44,317 nt of DNA, taken from Octopus bimaculoides (lineage: Eukaryota). Position numbers and translations under genes: made by a program. The first letter of the stretch is position 1. Each line of letters starts with the position of its first letter. This document shows positions 1 through 11,890 of the stretch, one piece after another. The notes beneath the pieces were generated by a model. The model saw only the letters and a program-made list of their open reading frames with translations. It did not search any database and had not been told where the DNA came from. The DNA lies in NCBI RefSeq assembly GCF_001194135.2, contig NC_068982.1, positions 144,084,635-144,128,951 of the forward strand, read 5' to 3'.

Positions 1-772
1 CCAGCGAGTAGATAGGGCTCTTAATTGTAGATTTTAAATATTTGAGATACAACAATGCATAAATCGTAATTTTTAAAAGAGCAATGAATTCTAGGTGATT
101 AGAATATAACGTAGCATGAATTTAGGAAGCTTAGAAAATGAATAAGCATGAATTTAAGACAACAACTGAATTCAATTGAATTTCATGGAGAGAAACAAGA
201 TAAATAATAGAGGGCAAACTAAAGCGCGAAGGTATTATGAGATGTTTGAGGCCGTAAATAAATAAAAAATCTCTATCTTATCTGCATCTTGGAGATTTCG
301 TCGTAGTATGTCAGCGATGGCTTTACAGTAGTTTACTTCTTGTAAAATGTGACCTATTAAAGCAGGGTTCTTGTTAGTATTAATATTCTAGCTTATTAAG
401 GCAGCTGGCTAAATCGTTAGCTCACCAGGCAAAATGCTTAGTGTCTTAAGCGAAGTTTAATTTTGGAGGTGTACTTGCGAGGCAAATGATTTGATCTGAA
501 ACCATGAGATGAAGCTAAAACAATTTCAGTGTGGAAAGCACATATTAATCATTGAAAAAAAAAAAACAAAGAATGTTAATTTCACTTAAACATTTATTAT
601 ATGTAGCATTGTATCAAAATGTTCATTGCATGAACTGTGACCTGCTTATTGACACATTACACTGCATTTTTCATTCTTTTGCATATCATAAATGATCTTC
701 TTTTAACATTGGATGTTTACTGCATTGTTAATTTTAATTTTTTTATTTTTGTAGTGTACTGTTGTTCCACAG

Positions 773-987
773 GATGGTCAAATATCGACACCGCTTTCAG
801 TGCCACGGCTCAAGTTAAACATCAAACTTGGCAGTAGTACACCTGTTGCAGTAGCATCTGATGAAGGAAGTAATAAACCTGCTCCACCACCTGTTTCTCT
901 CTCTATTACTGAACGTTCACCTAGTAATGCCGCTAAACGAGAGCCACCTCAGTCACCATCTTTATCAAGACCTGAAATTCCAAGGCT
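773..987 (+). CDS. TAF3: TAF3 internal exon (DGQISTPLSVPRLKLNIKLG...PEIPR); upstream exons lie outside the window
   Basis: Acceptor ccacag ends at 772 and donor gttagt starts at 988. The phase-2 end (CT) joins the next exon (G) to give PEIPRLVIRTP in the long ORF frame. Confidence 0.8.
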
Positions 988-1222
988 GTTAGTATCAATT
1001 GAATTGTGTTTATGTTTATGTGTATGTCTGTGTGTGTGTGTGTGTGCGTGTGTTGTTTATCATTGATTTATACTACTTTTCCATGCAGATATGTACTGAT
1101 GGGGCATTTTGAGGCAGTGTTTATGGTTGGATGCCCTTCTGACATCAACTTTTTAGTCACCTCATTTGATATGCAGGAATATGGTGCATCTATTCTAAAA
1201 ATGAGGATACACACGCAATATA

Positions 1223-1260
<38 letters not shown>

Positions 1261-1500
1261 GCACTAACAGCACTGTCCAAGCATAAAAATAAGATAAAAA
1301 CATCATTGTAGCTCTAGGAGCTACAATGAAAGTGCTAAATTGATCCCTGATATACAAAATACAGAAAAATGGTATGGTCATGGCTGGAACAACAAACTTT
1401 AAAAGGTATCATGTCTGCAGTTGAAAAATTTATATTTTTATTATTTTTTAAAGAACTCTTTCAGTTATTTATTGTTAATGATTATTTTATATAATTTCAG

Positions 1501-2977
1501 GGTTATCAGAACTCCAATGCCACCAACAGTTACAACTCCACCAGCAGTTCTGTCTCCTCCAATGGTTCATCCTGAAAAAGCAGAAAAGAACCTCAAACCA
1601 GAGAAGCCAACACCTAAAACTAAACCTGCTGCTAAAAAGAAAGCTGTTGTTAAGAAACCTGCAGTGAAGAAGGCTGACAAGAAAGTGGTTAAGAAAGGTC
1701 CAAAAATGGCAGCATATCCTCTTGACAAACGGGGATCTTTTTCACCACCAATGATGCCATCTGAGTTTCCTGAACAAGATAAGCTACTAAGTGGATCAAA
1801 ACAAATGATGTACCCCAATGTAGGAGAAATGCATCCTCTCATAATGAAACCAGAGAAACAAGTTCCAGTTAAACCAATGATGAGAGCAGCTGATAGGGTA
1901 ATGATGCCAACAAGTCTTGATAAGACTGCAATGAACATGGCAGGTAGAGCTCTTTTCAAAGAAGAAATGGGTTTTACAAAGGTGAGCAATATTTCCCCAA
2001 GGACCACTGCTAAAGCTGGGAGAGGTAAAGGAACTAAGGGCAGCAAGGCCAATAAACCTGTTGTGACGAAAACTGAGAAACTCCCTGCTAAAGTCAAGTC
2101 AGAAAGAGTGGCCAGCAAAACAAAGACTCCATCGAAAGCAGAGAAGGCACCTATGACAAAAGTGCCTGTTACTGCTGCTGACATTGTTGTTGCTTCAAGA
2201 ACACCTGTGACAAGGGTAACTCCTACAGCAAAGATGCCTATCATGAAACCTGAAAAAGCAATTCTAACAAAAGAAAAACCAATTATGAAAATCAACAGAC
2301 CTCCAAATAGACTGGGACGACCCCCAAAAGTAGAGGTTCCTTCATCACCACCACCAACTATTCCTTATCCATCATCTCCTTCACACAAATCTCATCTCTC
2401 CACATTACCAATCGCACACCCACTCACACACCCATTTAATCCTCTACTACCATCCGTCTCCACCCCTATTGCTAACATGTCTCGACCAAGTTCCATTCCT
2501 GTCCCAACACCTATCTCTAAACTTCACACTCCACCTGTACCTAAAGTTCAGCCCACTCCTAAAGTGACTCAAAAATCTCATACAGGCAGAGGTGGGAAAA
2601 CTGGAAGACCATCAAGATCAGCTTCTAAGAACCTCCAAAATTCAAAAACTTCTGGCATGTCAGCTATTACATCTTTTAAAGAAACTCTAACAGATTCCAT
2701 CCGAGCACAACCGGAAAATCTGCTGACACCTCCACTACTACCTTCACCTTTAACACAAGAGCAGTTCTTAAAAGCAGAAAATCCAGCCTTTAACACTGGT
2801 CAAATGACGACCAGTGTGCAGATTGCTGGTGCTTCTACACTTGATCATGGACCTTTTATGCTGCCATTAGATGCAAAGGGGTCAACAATGGTTATGGAAC
2901 CTTCAGAAAGTTCTGTTCTACTTGGGAAAAGAACTGTTCAGCGTTCAGTTTTTGCAGAGACAGTGGGAACATTCTTT
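1501..2977 (+). CDS. TAF3: TAF3 large low-complexity Lys/Pro/Met-rich exon ending ...RSVFAETVGTFF
   Basis: tttcag acceptor ends at 1500 and gtaagt donor starts at 2978. It lies inside ORF 1421-3094. Its end resembles vertebrate TAF3 RSVVTETVSTYV just before the PHD finger. Confidence 0.9.
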
Positions 2978-4254
2978 GTAAGTGTGACTTTATGTACATT
3001 TAAGACTATTTTTAGCACTGTATTTTGTTTTAGTATTGAGGCTAAGAGTAGCTTATATTTTATTGTTTGTTTAACTGCCATTCTCCCATGCTAGAATGGG
3101 TTAGATCAGGATATATCTGTGGCAGGAATTTTATGGCCAAATGTCCTTCCTGTTGCTAACCCTTCTCTGTTTTTCAAGTAAGGGATTTTTTTTATTCCAC
3201 AACTCCTTGAAAGTAGTGTGATTGGTCATAATGTCAATGAGGTATATAAATATCATATCAAGTGATACTGTGGGATGTCAGCATTCATGCACATTTGTGT
3301 GCACACACACACAGCATGCTCCCTACAGTTTTCATCTACCAAATTCACTCACAAGGCATAACAGCCTAAAGCTTTAGTAGAAAACATTTGCCCATGGTGT
3401 TGTTAATGGGATTCAATCTGAAACCACTTAGTTATGAAGCAAACATCATAACCATATCGCCATACTTGTATCTGTTGTAAGAGATAAAAATGTTATAATG
3501 TAAGAAATCTACATTCTATTTTGATGAGAATATCTCGTTAATAAATATTCTATGTAATTTGAGTTTAATGTAGAATAGTTTGTTAAATACTGTGAATTGT
3601 CAGATTTTTTTAGTGTCAAATAAATTAGTTTTCAGCATTTGTTTCAGCTCTTTACATTCTGAGCTCAAATCCTACTAACATTAACTTTGCTTTTCATACT
3701 TTTGGAATTAATAAAATAAAGTACAAGTCCAGGGCTATGTATTGGTGGAATAGTGAAAATGCCACACAAGATGACTTGTGATATTTGTTTTGATTCTTTG
3801 CATTCTGAGTTGTTGGGTGATGAACTTAATCCATCAGCAAATTGAACACTACCACTTGGTACTTGCAAAATTCAAGCCAGATCCTTGGTCTGAGGATAAC
3901 TTCCTCCCTTTCCCTTGCTAGTCTCAAGGCCTTGATAAAATAAAGGATCATAGGCATTGCCCTTCCCTCTTTGACTATTTAGTAAAAAAACAAACACAAG
4001 CTGTCACATAGAACTTAGGTCCAAATCTAGTGACAAAACTATGATCGAAAAAAATCTCATATGTGGTTTAGCCAAATTAATCTGATACCTAATTCTATTT
4101 CTAACAGATAGATGAACTGGGACAAAGTAAATTATTCTGATCAGAAATGAAAACAAATTTGGTTTATGATCCCCGTGTCTCTTACTTTATTTTTTTATTG
4201 TTAGAATTCAATAAATTATAATACACGACACCTTTTTCTGTCCTCAGTTGAGGG

Positions 4255-4465
4255 GTCTTGTCCTGCAAGTTACTTGGTGACCTCAATTCTGTTAGCATCA
4301 TGTAAAAGCAACCAGTACATTCTGTAAAGTGGCTGGCATCAAGAAGGGTCTCCAGCTGTAGAAATCATGCCAAAGCAGAGAGAACTCGATGCAATCTTCT
4401 AACTTATCACTTTCTGTCCAACCGTCTAACCTATGCCAACATGGAAAACAGACAACGATGATGTT
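4255..4465 (+). mobile_element. Diverged RTE 3'-end copy
   Basis: gcatcaagaagggtctccagctgtagaaa...catggaaaacagac followed by a gatgatg tail. Confidence 0.55.
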
Positions 4466-5260
4466 GTTGTTATTATTTTATGTTGAGATTTCAAGAGAAA
4501 GGAGTGTAAAATTTGATCTGTTTCTTGGTCTTGAGTAAGCTTTAAAAATTCTAATGCAAACTCCTGTATAAAATTGCAGTATCTTGAATCTCTTACAGTA
4601 AAAGATCCAACTTAAGATTTTATGTTAAGTATTAGTGTTAATCAAATCTAGTGAAAGTATTTCAGTTCTACCTAACAACAATGAAGAAATGGGTGTTAAA
4701 ACTGACATTGCATATGTTTCAACTTCGAAGTTTTGTAAGAAAACACAAACTTCTTTTTGAATTATTTACTTTCTAGTAATCAAGTCAACTAATCTTATTG
4801 TGAAGGTACAGTTGTTAGAATTGATAATCTATTGGAATATTGATTCTAGGAACAATGGTTGGTATCCATCATAGGAGCTGTACTGTGCCAACAAACTTGA
4901 TTCTGGATGATCCACTTTATTTTTCTTTAAGTAAGCTCTTGGTGTGGGTGTATAACTAAATACTGTAAGGAGCATGATTATTGAATATTTTACAGGTATT
5001 TTGTTAGCTTGCCATTGAAGCCCTCCCTTGGTTCAAGAAAAACTTACATTGGTACTCAACTGAAGTTTGCAATTAATTATTTCAATCATTATATGCTGGA
5101 TACAGTTCTTATAATGGGTTGATCAATCATATGAAATTACCTAATACAAAATTTGTATTTATAAATTAGAGTAAAACTTTAGTATAGTAGGTTTTGTCAT
5201 ATGTAATATTTTCTTATTTTTGGTCATGTCTTTGTTTAACAAAAACGATTGTTCTTTTAG

Positions 5261-5361
5261 GACGAAAATGGACAAAAGGTTTGGATTTGTCCAGGTTGTG
5301 CATTACCAGATGATGGCAGTCCAATGATTGGATGTGACGATTGTGATGAATGGTATCATTG
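5261..5361 (+). CDS. TAF3: TAF3 PHD finger first half (DENGQKVWICPGCALPDDGSPMIGCDDCDEWYHW)
   Basis: ttttag acceptor and gtaagt donor. Near-identical to the TAF3 PHD motif WICPGCxxPDDGSPMIGCDDCDxWYHW. Absent from the ORF track. Confidence 0.95.
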
Positions 5362-6297
5362 GTAAGTGTCTTAGTTATATCTCTTCTAGTTTATTAAATA
5401 ATGCCTATTGTGTTTACATTCCTCCTTCTGTATTCTGACACCAAATCCTGTGAGGCTTGACTTCCTTTTCATCCCTCAATAAAAACTCACACACAGATTT
5501 AAATGTGGATAACAGTTGAGAATAGCTAATCATGGCTAAAAGCAGATCTTGTGCATTGAGATTGATACTTATCAAATATTCAATATGTAATCTTTCTCTT
5601 GGCTTACAAATATGACATAATGTTTAAGATAGGATTTGAGCTTAAAATCTTCAAATATTCCTGCCTACCATTGTTATGTCTCCATGAGCTCCAACTACAT
5701 TTTTTTACATCTTGTTGCCATTTGGTAACAGATAGTCTCATATGATATTGATAACTAGTTTCATGAATATTTTTTCTAAGACTATCTCACAATTAAACAC
5801 CCATATCTTTAATAACACTTGTAAATATACCAGGTAAACATAAAATATTTACATGATTACAAGTGCTATTAAAGATAAAGGTGTTTAACTGTGATAGTCT
5901 TGGTAAAAATATTGCATTATTACTAATTTTACTACGATTATAATTTTCTAGACCATTTATGTAGTTTACAGCTACAGTATATTTCAGTCTATTTGATCTT
6001 TGGTCGTCATCATCATTTTGCTCTTTTTTTTTGCCTAAGACTCTGTACACATATCCAGGTGTCTTTTCCCCAAGATATGTATATATGATCTCAAACTAGG
6101 ATCAAACTTATATAATTTATATATACACACATTGTTGTTTGATATTATTAACTATAACTATTTCAAACTGAACTGAAATTTGCTTGTCACTGGTATATGT
6201 ATATAATGACAATAAATTGATCTGAACTTGGATGTAGCAACTCAAATGGTAAATTTTGCAAGAACTAAAATTTATAAATTTAAAAAATATTTTTCAG

Positions 6298-6412
6298 GCC
6301 CTGTGTAAATATAAAAGAAGCGCCTCCAGAACAAGACCAATGGTTCTGTCCAAAATGCTTATTAAAAACCAAACATAAACCAAAACGAAAACGGAAACGC
6401 AGAACATATTGA
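6298..6412 (+). CDS. TAF3: TAF3 last coding exon (PCVNIKEAPPEQDQWFCPKCLLKTKHKPKRKRKRRTY*)
   Basis: tttcag acceptor, phase matches (TG+G=Trp). It completes the C4HC3 PHD, then a basic tail as in TAF3. TGA at 6410-6412. Confidence 0.95.
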
Positions 6413-6526
6413 GACTTTGGTTGCCAGAGATTGGCCAACTCTGTAAAAAATGAAAATTAACTATCAACTTCAAATTTTATAATTCATTATTTAAGGACAG
6501 AGTGAAGTTGTTTATTTGATGTTGTA

Positions 6527-6532
6527 AATAAA
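6527..6532 (+). promoter_or_regulatory. Candidate TAF3 polyadenylation signal AATAAA
   Basis: First canonical hexamer, about 115 nt after the stop codon. Confidence 0.5.
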
Positions 6533-7017
6533 CCTTCGTGTTTACAACTAGTACTAGTTATCTTGTTTCCATCTATCAGATTCCTCTCACAAGGTATTGG
6601 TTAACCATAAGTTATCGTAGAAGACACTAATCCAATGTGCTATACAATAAAATTGAGACCATACTCACACAATTGCAAAGTGAACTTCTTAAACCATAGT
6701 CTGCACTTATAAATTTGGATAAGTTTGTATATTGTGGTAAGACATGCATTGATGTCTTGAAGAAAGCCTTTCTTAGTAGAAAAAGAAATTTAAATGTGTA
6801 AGCTTGCACTGAACAAATAGGTTTCATGAGTGTTCCAGAAATAAGGAAGAGTGAGAGAGGATGGTTACCAGGTAAAAAGTGTGTTACTAGATTGGCCACA
6901 GTTTCATGACAGGTGGGAGAAAAATGACGATATGACAATATCAAAGAGCAAAATAAAAATCCCAGACACTAAAAGATAACATATACATACATATATATAT
7001 ATTACACACACACATGT

Positions 7018-8950
7018 ATGTTTCAGGTGCTGAATAACATCTCTCCTTTCCATGTTCTCTCCCCACATTCCTTTCTCAGTTTTCAGAGTTGCCACTGTAA
7101 ATGTAGCTTTAACGAGATTGTAGAGATGCTTGAAAGGAGGCATGTTGATGTATGTTGCATCCAAGAGGTTAGGTGGAGAGGAGCTTCAGCCAGGTTCCTC
7201 ACAGGCAAGACACATAGGTATAAAATTTTCTGGGAAGGTAATTGTGACAGAGTAGGTGGTGTGGGCATACTCCTAGCTGAGAAATAGGTGGATAAAGTCA
7301 TAGAGATAGTTAGAGTATGTGATAGAGTACTTAAGCTCAGCATAGTATAGCTACAATTACATCTGTCTACGTCCCACAAGTGGGCCTACCAAATGAATAG
7401 AAGGACCACTTTTATGATAGTCTTCTACAGGCTACCTCCAAGACGAGCGACAATGATCTCATCTTTGTGGCTGGGGATTTCAATGGGCATGTCGGACAGC
7501 AGCCCGGTATCTTCCATGGTGTACATGGAGGCCATGGAATTGGTCCCCGAAACAAAGAGGGGACAAGGCTACTGGAGTTCTGTGATGCGAATAACCTTTT
7601 GATCTGCAACACCAACTTCAGAAAGCCACGATGCCAAGACGCAGACCAATCTGGAAGCTTAAGGACGTGTCATATGGTCAGACATTTAGGGACATCCTAA
7701 CTGAGAAATTTGATGAGAGGGAGGAGCAGCTACTTGTGACGTAGAAGGCAACTGGGGAATTCCTGCAGGATAGCTTGCTGAGTGCCATAAACCAAATCTG
7801 TGGCTTGTGCAAAGTCCCTTCCAGACCCAGGGTAATGTGGTGGTGGAACAATACCGTAGACAGGGCCATTAGAGCAAAGAAACAGGCCTGGAAGAGTGGG
7901 GGCAGCAGGGAATTGTACCAGATAGCCAGAAGGGAAGCTAGGAGACTGTATTGTAAATATCTAGCCAAGAGAGAAGCAGAAAAGAAAAAGTTTGCCTATG
8001 TTCAGTACCATGAGGACTAATGAACTGAAGTATTTTGGATTGCAAGACAGTGTGTGAGAGAAAATTGTGATGTCATAGGAGAGAAATATGTCTGCATGGA
8101 TGATGGTGCACTTGCTTTTAATGAGTCTGCAAAGAAAGACTGAACATGGAGAATGAATGGGAGGAGGAGAGTCTGCCAAATGTTGACCCAACTGAGGGAC
8201 CAGCTATCCGAACTGACAGTACCCTAGTAGATGAAGCAATTAAGGATATGAAGACAGGGAAAGCCCCTGGCTCATCAGGAATCAATGCTGAGATGCTTAA
8301 AATATCTGGCAGTGTGGATTATGGTCTAGTCACCTGTATTGTAAATCAGGTGGTTCATGAAGGAGTCATACCCAATGACTGGTGTAGCAGCACCATAGTC
8401 AACTGCTACAAAGGTAAAGGTGATGCCTTAGATAGAAATAATTACAGAGGTATCAAATTGTCAGATCAGGTGATGAAAGTTGTGGAAAGAGTCATAGCCC
8501 AATTTACCAGGGAAAGAGTTAGTCTAGATGAAATGCAGCTTGGCTTTGTGACTGGTAGAAGCACTACTGGTGCTATATTTCTGGTAAGGCAACTACAGGA
8601 GAAATACCCAGCCAAAGATAAACTGCTGTACTTGGCTTTTGCTGACTTGGAGAAAGCTTTTGACAGACTTCACTGATCCGTTATCTGGTGGTCAATACGG
8701 AAACTAAGGATACTGCCACAGACCAAAGTGGTTGGTGAGAGCTGTTCAAGCCTTGTACAGCGATACTACCAGTAAGGTGAGGGTAGGCAACGAGTACAGC
8801 GAAGAATTTGGGGTACAAGTAGGGGTTCACCAAGGATCAGTGCTCAGCCGCCTCTTGTTCATCATAGTCCTCCAGGAATAACAAAGAAATTCAACACTGC
8901 TCCTGGGAGCTCCTCTATGCTGATGACCTTCTTCTTATAACTAATTCAAT
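7018..8950 (+). mobile_element. Decayed RTE-clade LINE ORF (APE endonuclease plus reverse transcriptase), truncated at both ends
   Basis: Frameshifted pieces: VDVCCIQEVRWRG, GVGILL and AGDFNGHVG (APE); YKGKGDALDRNNYRGIKL, FADLEKAFD, GVHQGSVL and YADD at 8916-8927 (RT). Many stops. Confidence 0.9.
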
Positions 8951-9600
8951 ACCTGAGCATGAGAAAACTGAAAGTTGAATTCTTCCCATGAATATAGCAG
9001 CCTTTGTTGAGAACAAATGTTATGCTAAATCTTTAACCTTAAAACAATGTAGCACAAAAACTAATTTGCTAAAAGAAAACTGACTGCCTACATGTATCAC
9101 AAAGTGCTTGAATGAAAATATATTTTTTAAATCTTTGGAAAGGAGATATTGAGGAAATATGTCCTTTTTTAAGTCTAGCACAAGCATTTATAATTTTGGA
9201 AAAACACATGCAATTATGCCTTTCCCAAATACAAGTGGTTGTTCCGAGAGTGTAGCTGTGACAATAAGATTAGTGGCATATATGTAGAAAAGTTCCAATT
9301 TCTTGCACTCTGGTGCACTGACTTGACATTGTAGAATATTAGGAATAAGAACTTAAAGATTTTAAAAAAATATTACAACATATTTATTACTAATTTCAAA
9401 TGAATTCAGGCATTCGTTGCTTTTTGCTGTCTGAAAAATATAATAGAGAAAAAAAGACATTATTAAATGGTGTTACAAACAAATTAAATTTATGGCAATA
9501 TAAAAATGTAATGTTTTCTGTTATAGGAAACTTTTTTCTCATTGGTTACCATTGAGAAATAGTCACAGTATTTCTAAATGATAACATTTATATGAACTTA

Positions 9601-9975
9601 CTGGCTGGTGGCACATAAAATATACCATTTTGAGTGTGGCCGTTGCCAGTACCGCCTGACTGGCCTTCGTAGGATTTTCGAGCGAGATCGTTGCCAGTGC
9701 CCCTGGACTAGCTCTTGTGCAGGTGGCTCATAAAATACACCATTTTGAGCGTGGCCGTTGCCAGTACCGCCTGACTGGCCTTCGTGCGGGTGACACGTAA
9801 AAGTACCCACTACACTCTCTGAGTGGTTGGCATTAGGAAGGGCATCCAGCTGTAGAAACTCTGCCAAATCAGATAGGAGCCTGGTGTAGCCATCTGGTTT
9901 CACCAGTCCTCAGTCAAATCGTCCAACCCATGCTAGCATGGAAAGCAGACGTTAAACGACGATGATGATGATGAT
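9601..9975 (+). mobile_element. RTE LINE 3' UTR copy with (GAT)n tail
   Basis: Tandem ~50-nt subunits, then the conserved module ggttggcattaggaagggcatccagctgtagaaa...gacgttaaacgacgatgatgat. Confidence 0.85.
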
Positions 9976-10649
9976 ATACACCATACTGAATTTGGTAAAC
10001 ATACTTAAGTCTCAATGACCCAGTACTCATTTGCTTTAAATAAGAAATATGAAAAAGATCACAGTACAATTGTTGTGCTTCATTATCTTGCAAGGTCGAA
10101 CTGAAATCCTCTCAAAGGCAGGTGGCAGGAAATTAATGAGATCTTTGATAGAGGAAATTACTCTTGTATGTCCTGTAGTATTATTATTTCAATTACAGAA
10201 TATGAAGTCTCCAGTGTTGCTTCAGAGAGATTGTCTTACTGATTTAAAAGTACAATGAACAAGAAGGCTAAATAGATTAATATACAACAACTCAAATTCA
10301 CTGCTAGAATTATATTGTTTCTGGGAACAGCTTTTTCGACATTCTGTCGATAGGCTTGGCTACCGAGATATGGTTACCAAATCCAGATATGTTTCCTGCA
10401 ATAAACTATTCATTAAGTACTGGCCCTTTATAGGACCTTAAGAAATATTGACAATGACCAAATGGGAGAAATACTCAGCTTTACTAATCTACAACAAAAT
10501 CAGATTTTTTAATCACATTTTGAGTTTATCTTTACTGTTGGATACATTCAAATATATACCGAAATTTGTTTTTTTGAAAAGTCACCTTATATCTATGTTT
10601 TTTTTTTGCATNNNNNNNNNNTCTTTTTTTTTTTTTTTGTAAGGAATGA

Positions 10650-10785
10650 CTGGCCGAGGTTGACTTGGCCTTTCATCCATTTGGAGTCAATGAAATAAGT
10701 ACCAGTTAAGCACTAGGGTCAATGTAACCAACTTCCCTATCCCTTGAATTTGCTGGCCTTGTGCTAAAATTTGAAATCAATATTT
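10650..10785 (+). mobile_element. CORE-type SINE fragment; relatives at about 395-470, 12815-12925, 21535-21665, 25920-26050 and 32810-33135
   Basis: Shared gacttggcctttcatcc...aaataagtaccagtt...gggtcaat motif, found in both orientations. Confidence 0.6.
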
Positions 10786-10963
10786 TGTAAAGAATCGCAA
10801 AATCTTTGTATGGGCTTGAATTGAAAGTAAATATTCTATTTTGGAGATCAAATTAAAAAGAAATCACCTTATCTTCAAATATGTGTAGGATAATTCAATT
10901 GATCCAGCTTTTGATTATTTTCAGTTTGTGTACTTCTACTAAGGTTGAGTTTTAGCTGGTTCA

Positions 10964-10969
10964 CTTTAT
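10964..10969 (-). promoter_or_regulatory. Candidate TIMMDC1 polyadenylation signal
   Basis: AATAAA on the minus strand, about 270 nt past the proposed stop. Confidence 0.35.
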
Positions 10970-11238
10970 TCACATGATAGTTTCAGAGTTTTTATCTGCC
11001 AAACCACTTGTATCATAACATTACAGAGGCCTCCTGTCTGAAGGACCATTGATTCATAATGCTAGGAGTGTTGTCCTTGGTCAAATCATTTAACACTTAC
11101 AAGCCTAATCAACCTAATCATAAATAGACACCTTGCAGAGACATACAATTCAGTGCTGTAATATACAAGAGCATTGTATAGTTAACAAATGTATCATTAG
11201 CGTATAGCATATTATTTTTATGTTTGCTCTTGTTGAGG

Positions 11239-11284
11239 TTAGTTTGGTATGAAAGATGAAACTAGATGGTTTATGTTTATCTGT
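11239..11284 (-). CDS. TIMMDC1: TIMMDC1 putative last coding exon (QININHLVSSFIPN*)
   Basis: tttcag acceptor after a 58-nt intron, phase compatible. Alternative ends exist (see findings). Confidence 0.4.
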
Positions 11285-11342
11285 CTGAAAGAAATTTATC
11301 TATGCAGAAATGTTGAGGATATGATTGTCAAAGGAAACATAC

Positions 11343-11444
11343 TTTTTCTCTTCCAAATACTTTTGTATTTCCCAGTAATGTCGTTGATCTTGAGTTTCAT
11401 TGGTTAATACCATAAAACCATAGATAATAGAACCACCACACAAA
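11343..11444 (-). CDS. TIMMDC1: TIMMDC1 coding exon 6 (LCGGSIIYGFMVLTNETQDQRHYWEIQKYLEEK)
   Basis: tttcag acceptor and gtatgt donor, 102 nt, phase 2 to phase 2. Confidence 0.75.
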
Positions 11445-11756
11445 CTGAAAGAAAATAGAGAAATGAAGACAAAATTAGTCAACAAATAAAATAGAAGTCT
11501 TTGCAGTTTGCATCAAAAATTCCTTAGCAAATAGTGGGATTAACAGTTGGGTTGATCAGAGAGGCTTAAGCATGTAAATATATTGATACAGGGCAATATG
11601 AAAAGGAAAAATCCAAAGTTTATTCATTAAGGAAGACTCAAAAAACTTAATATTTTTTGAATGATCTTATGAAAGATGCTGACGTTTAATACATGTCCAT
11701 ATGTAATCAAACATATCAGAGAAAAGACTGCAAGAAAATGTAAAATATATACATAC

Positions 11757-11835
11757 CCCATGAGTGAACCAAATATACCACCACTAATTATTCCTTTCAG
11801 TCCCAAGTTCACCTTCAGTATCATTCCTGTTATCC
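11757..11835 (-). CDS. TIMMDC1: TIMMDC1 coding exon 5 (GITGMILKVNLGLKGIISGGIFGSLMG)
   Basis: ctgcag acceptor and gtatgt donor, 79 nt. Matches the Tim17/22/23-family glycine motif (human [27 protein letters not shown]). Confidence 0.85.
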
Positions 11836-11890
11836 CTGCAGATTAGAAAAGATGAAAAAACAAAAATAAGGTAAATACCTTCCCATTTTT

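Noticed and set aside
1567-2796. Minus-strand hydrophobic ORFs opposite TAF3 (242 aa and 72 aa)
   Set aside because: Antisense shadows of a Lys/Pro-rich exon; the same applies to ORFs 28858-29118, 30331-30675 and 39055-39276.
1421-3094. 557-aa ORF as a single-exon gene
   Set aside because: Its ends are intronic read-through; the real exon is 1501-2977.
9598-9903. Recurrent ORF MKPDGYTRLQSDLAEFLQLDALPNANHSESVVGAFTCH (also at 13783, 15760, 18367, 19744 and 32641) as a multigene family
   Set aside because: It is the antisense reading of the RTE 3' UTR. Copies differ by frameshifts and have no splice or codon-level support.
10049-10400. Alternative TIMMDC1 terminal exons
   Set aside because: Candidate acceptors give short peptides with no similarity, and they lie beyond a plausible polyA signal at 10964.
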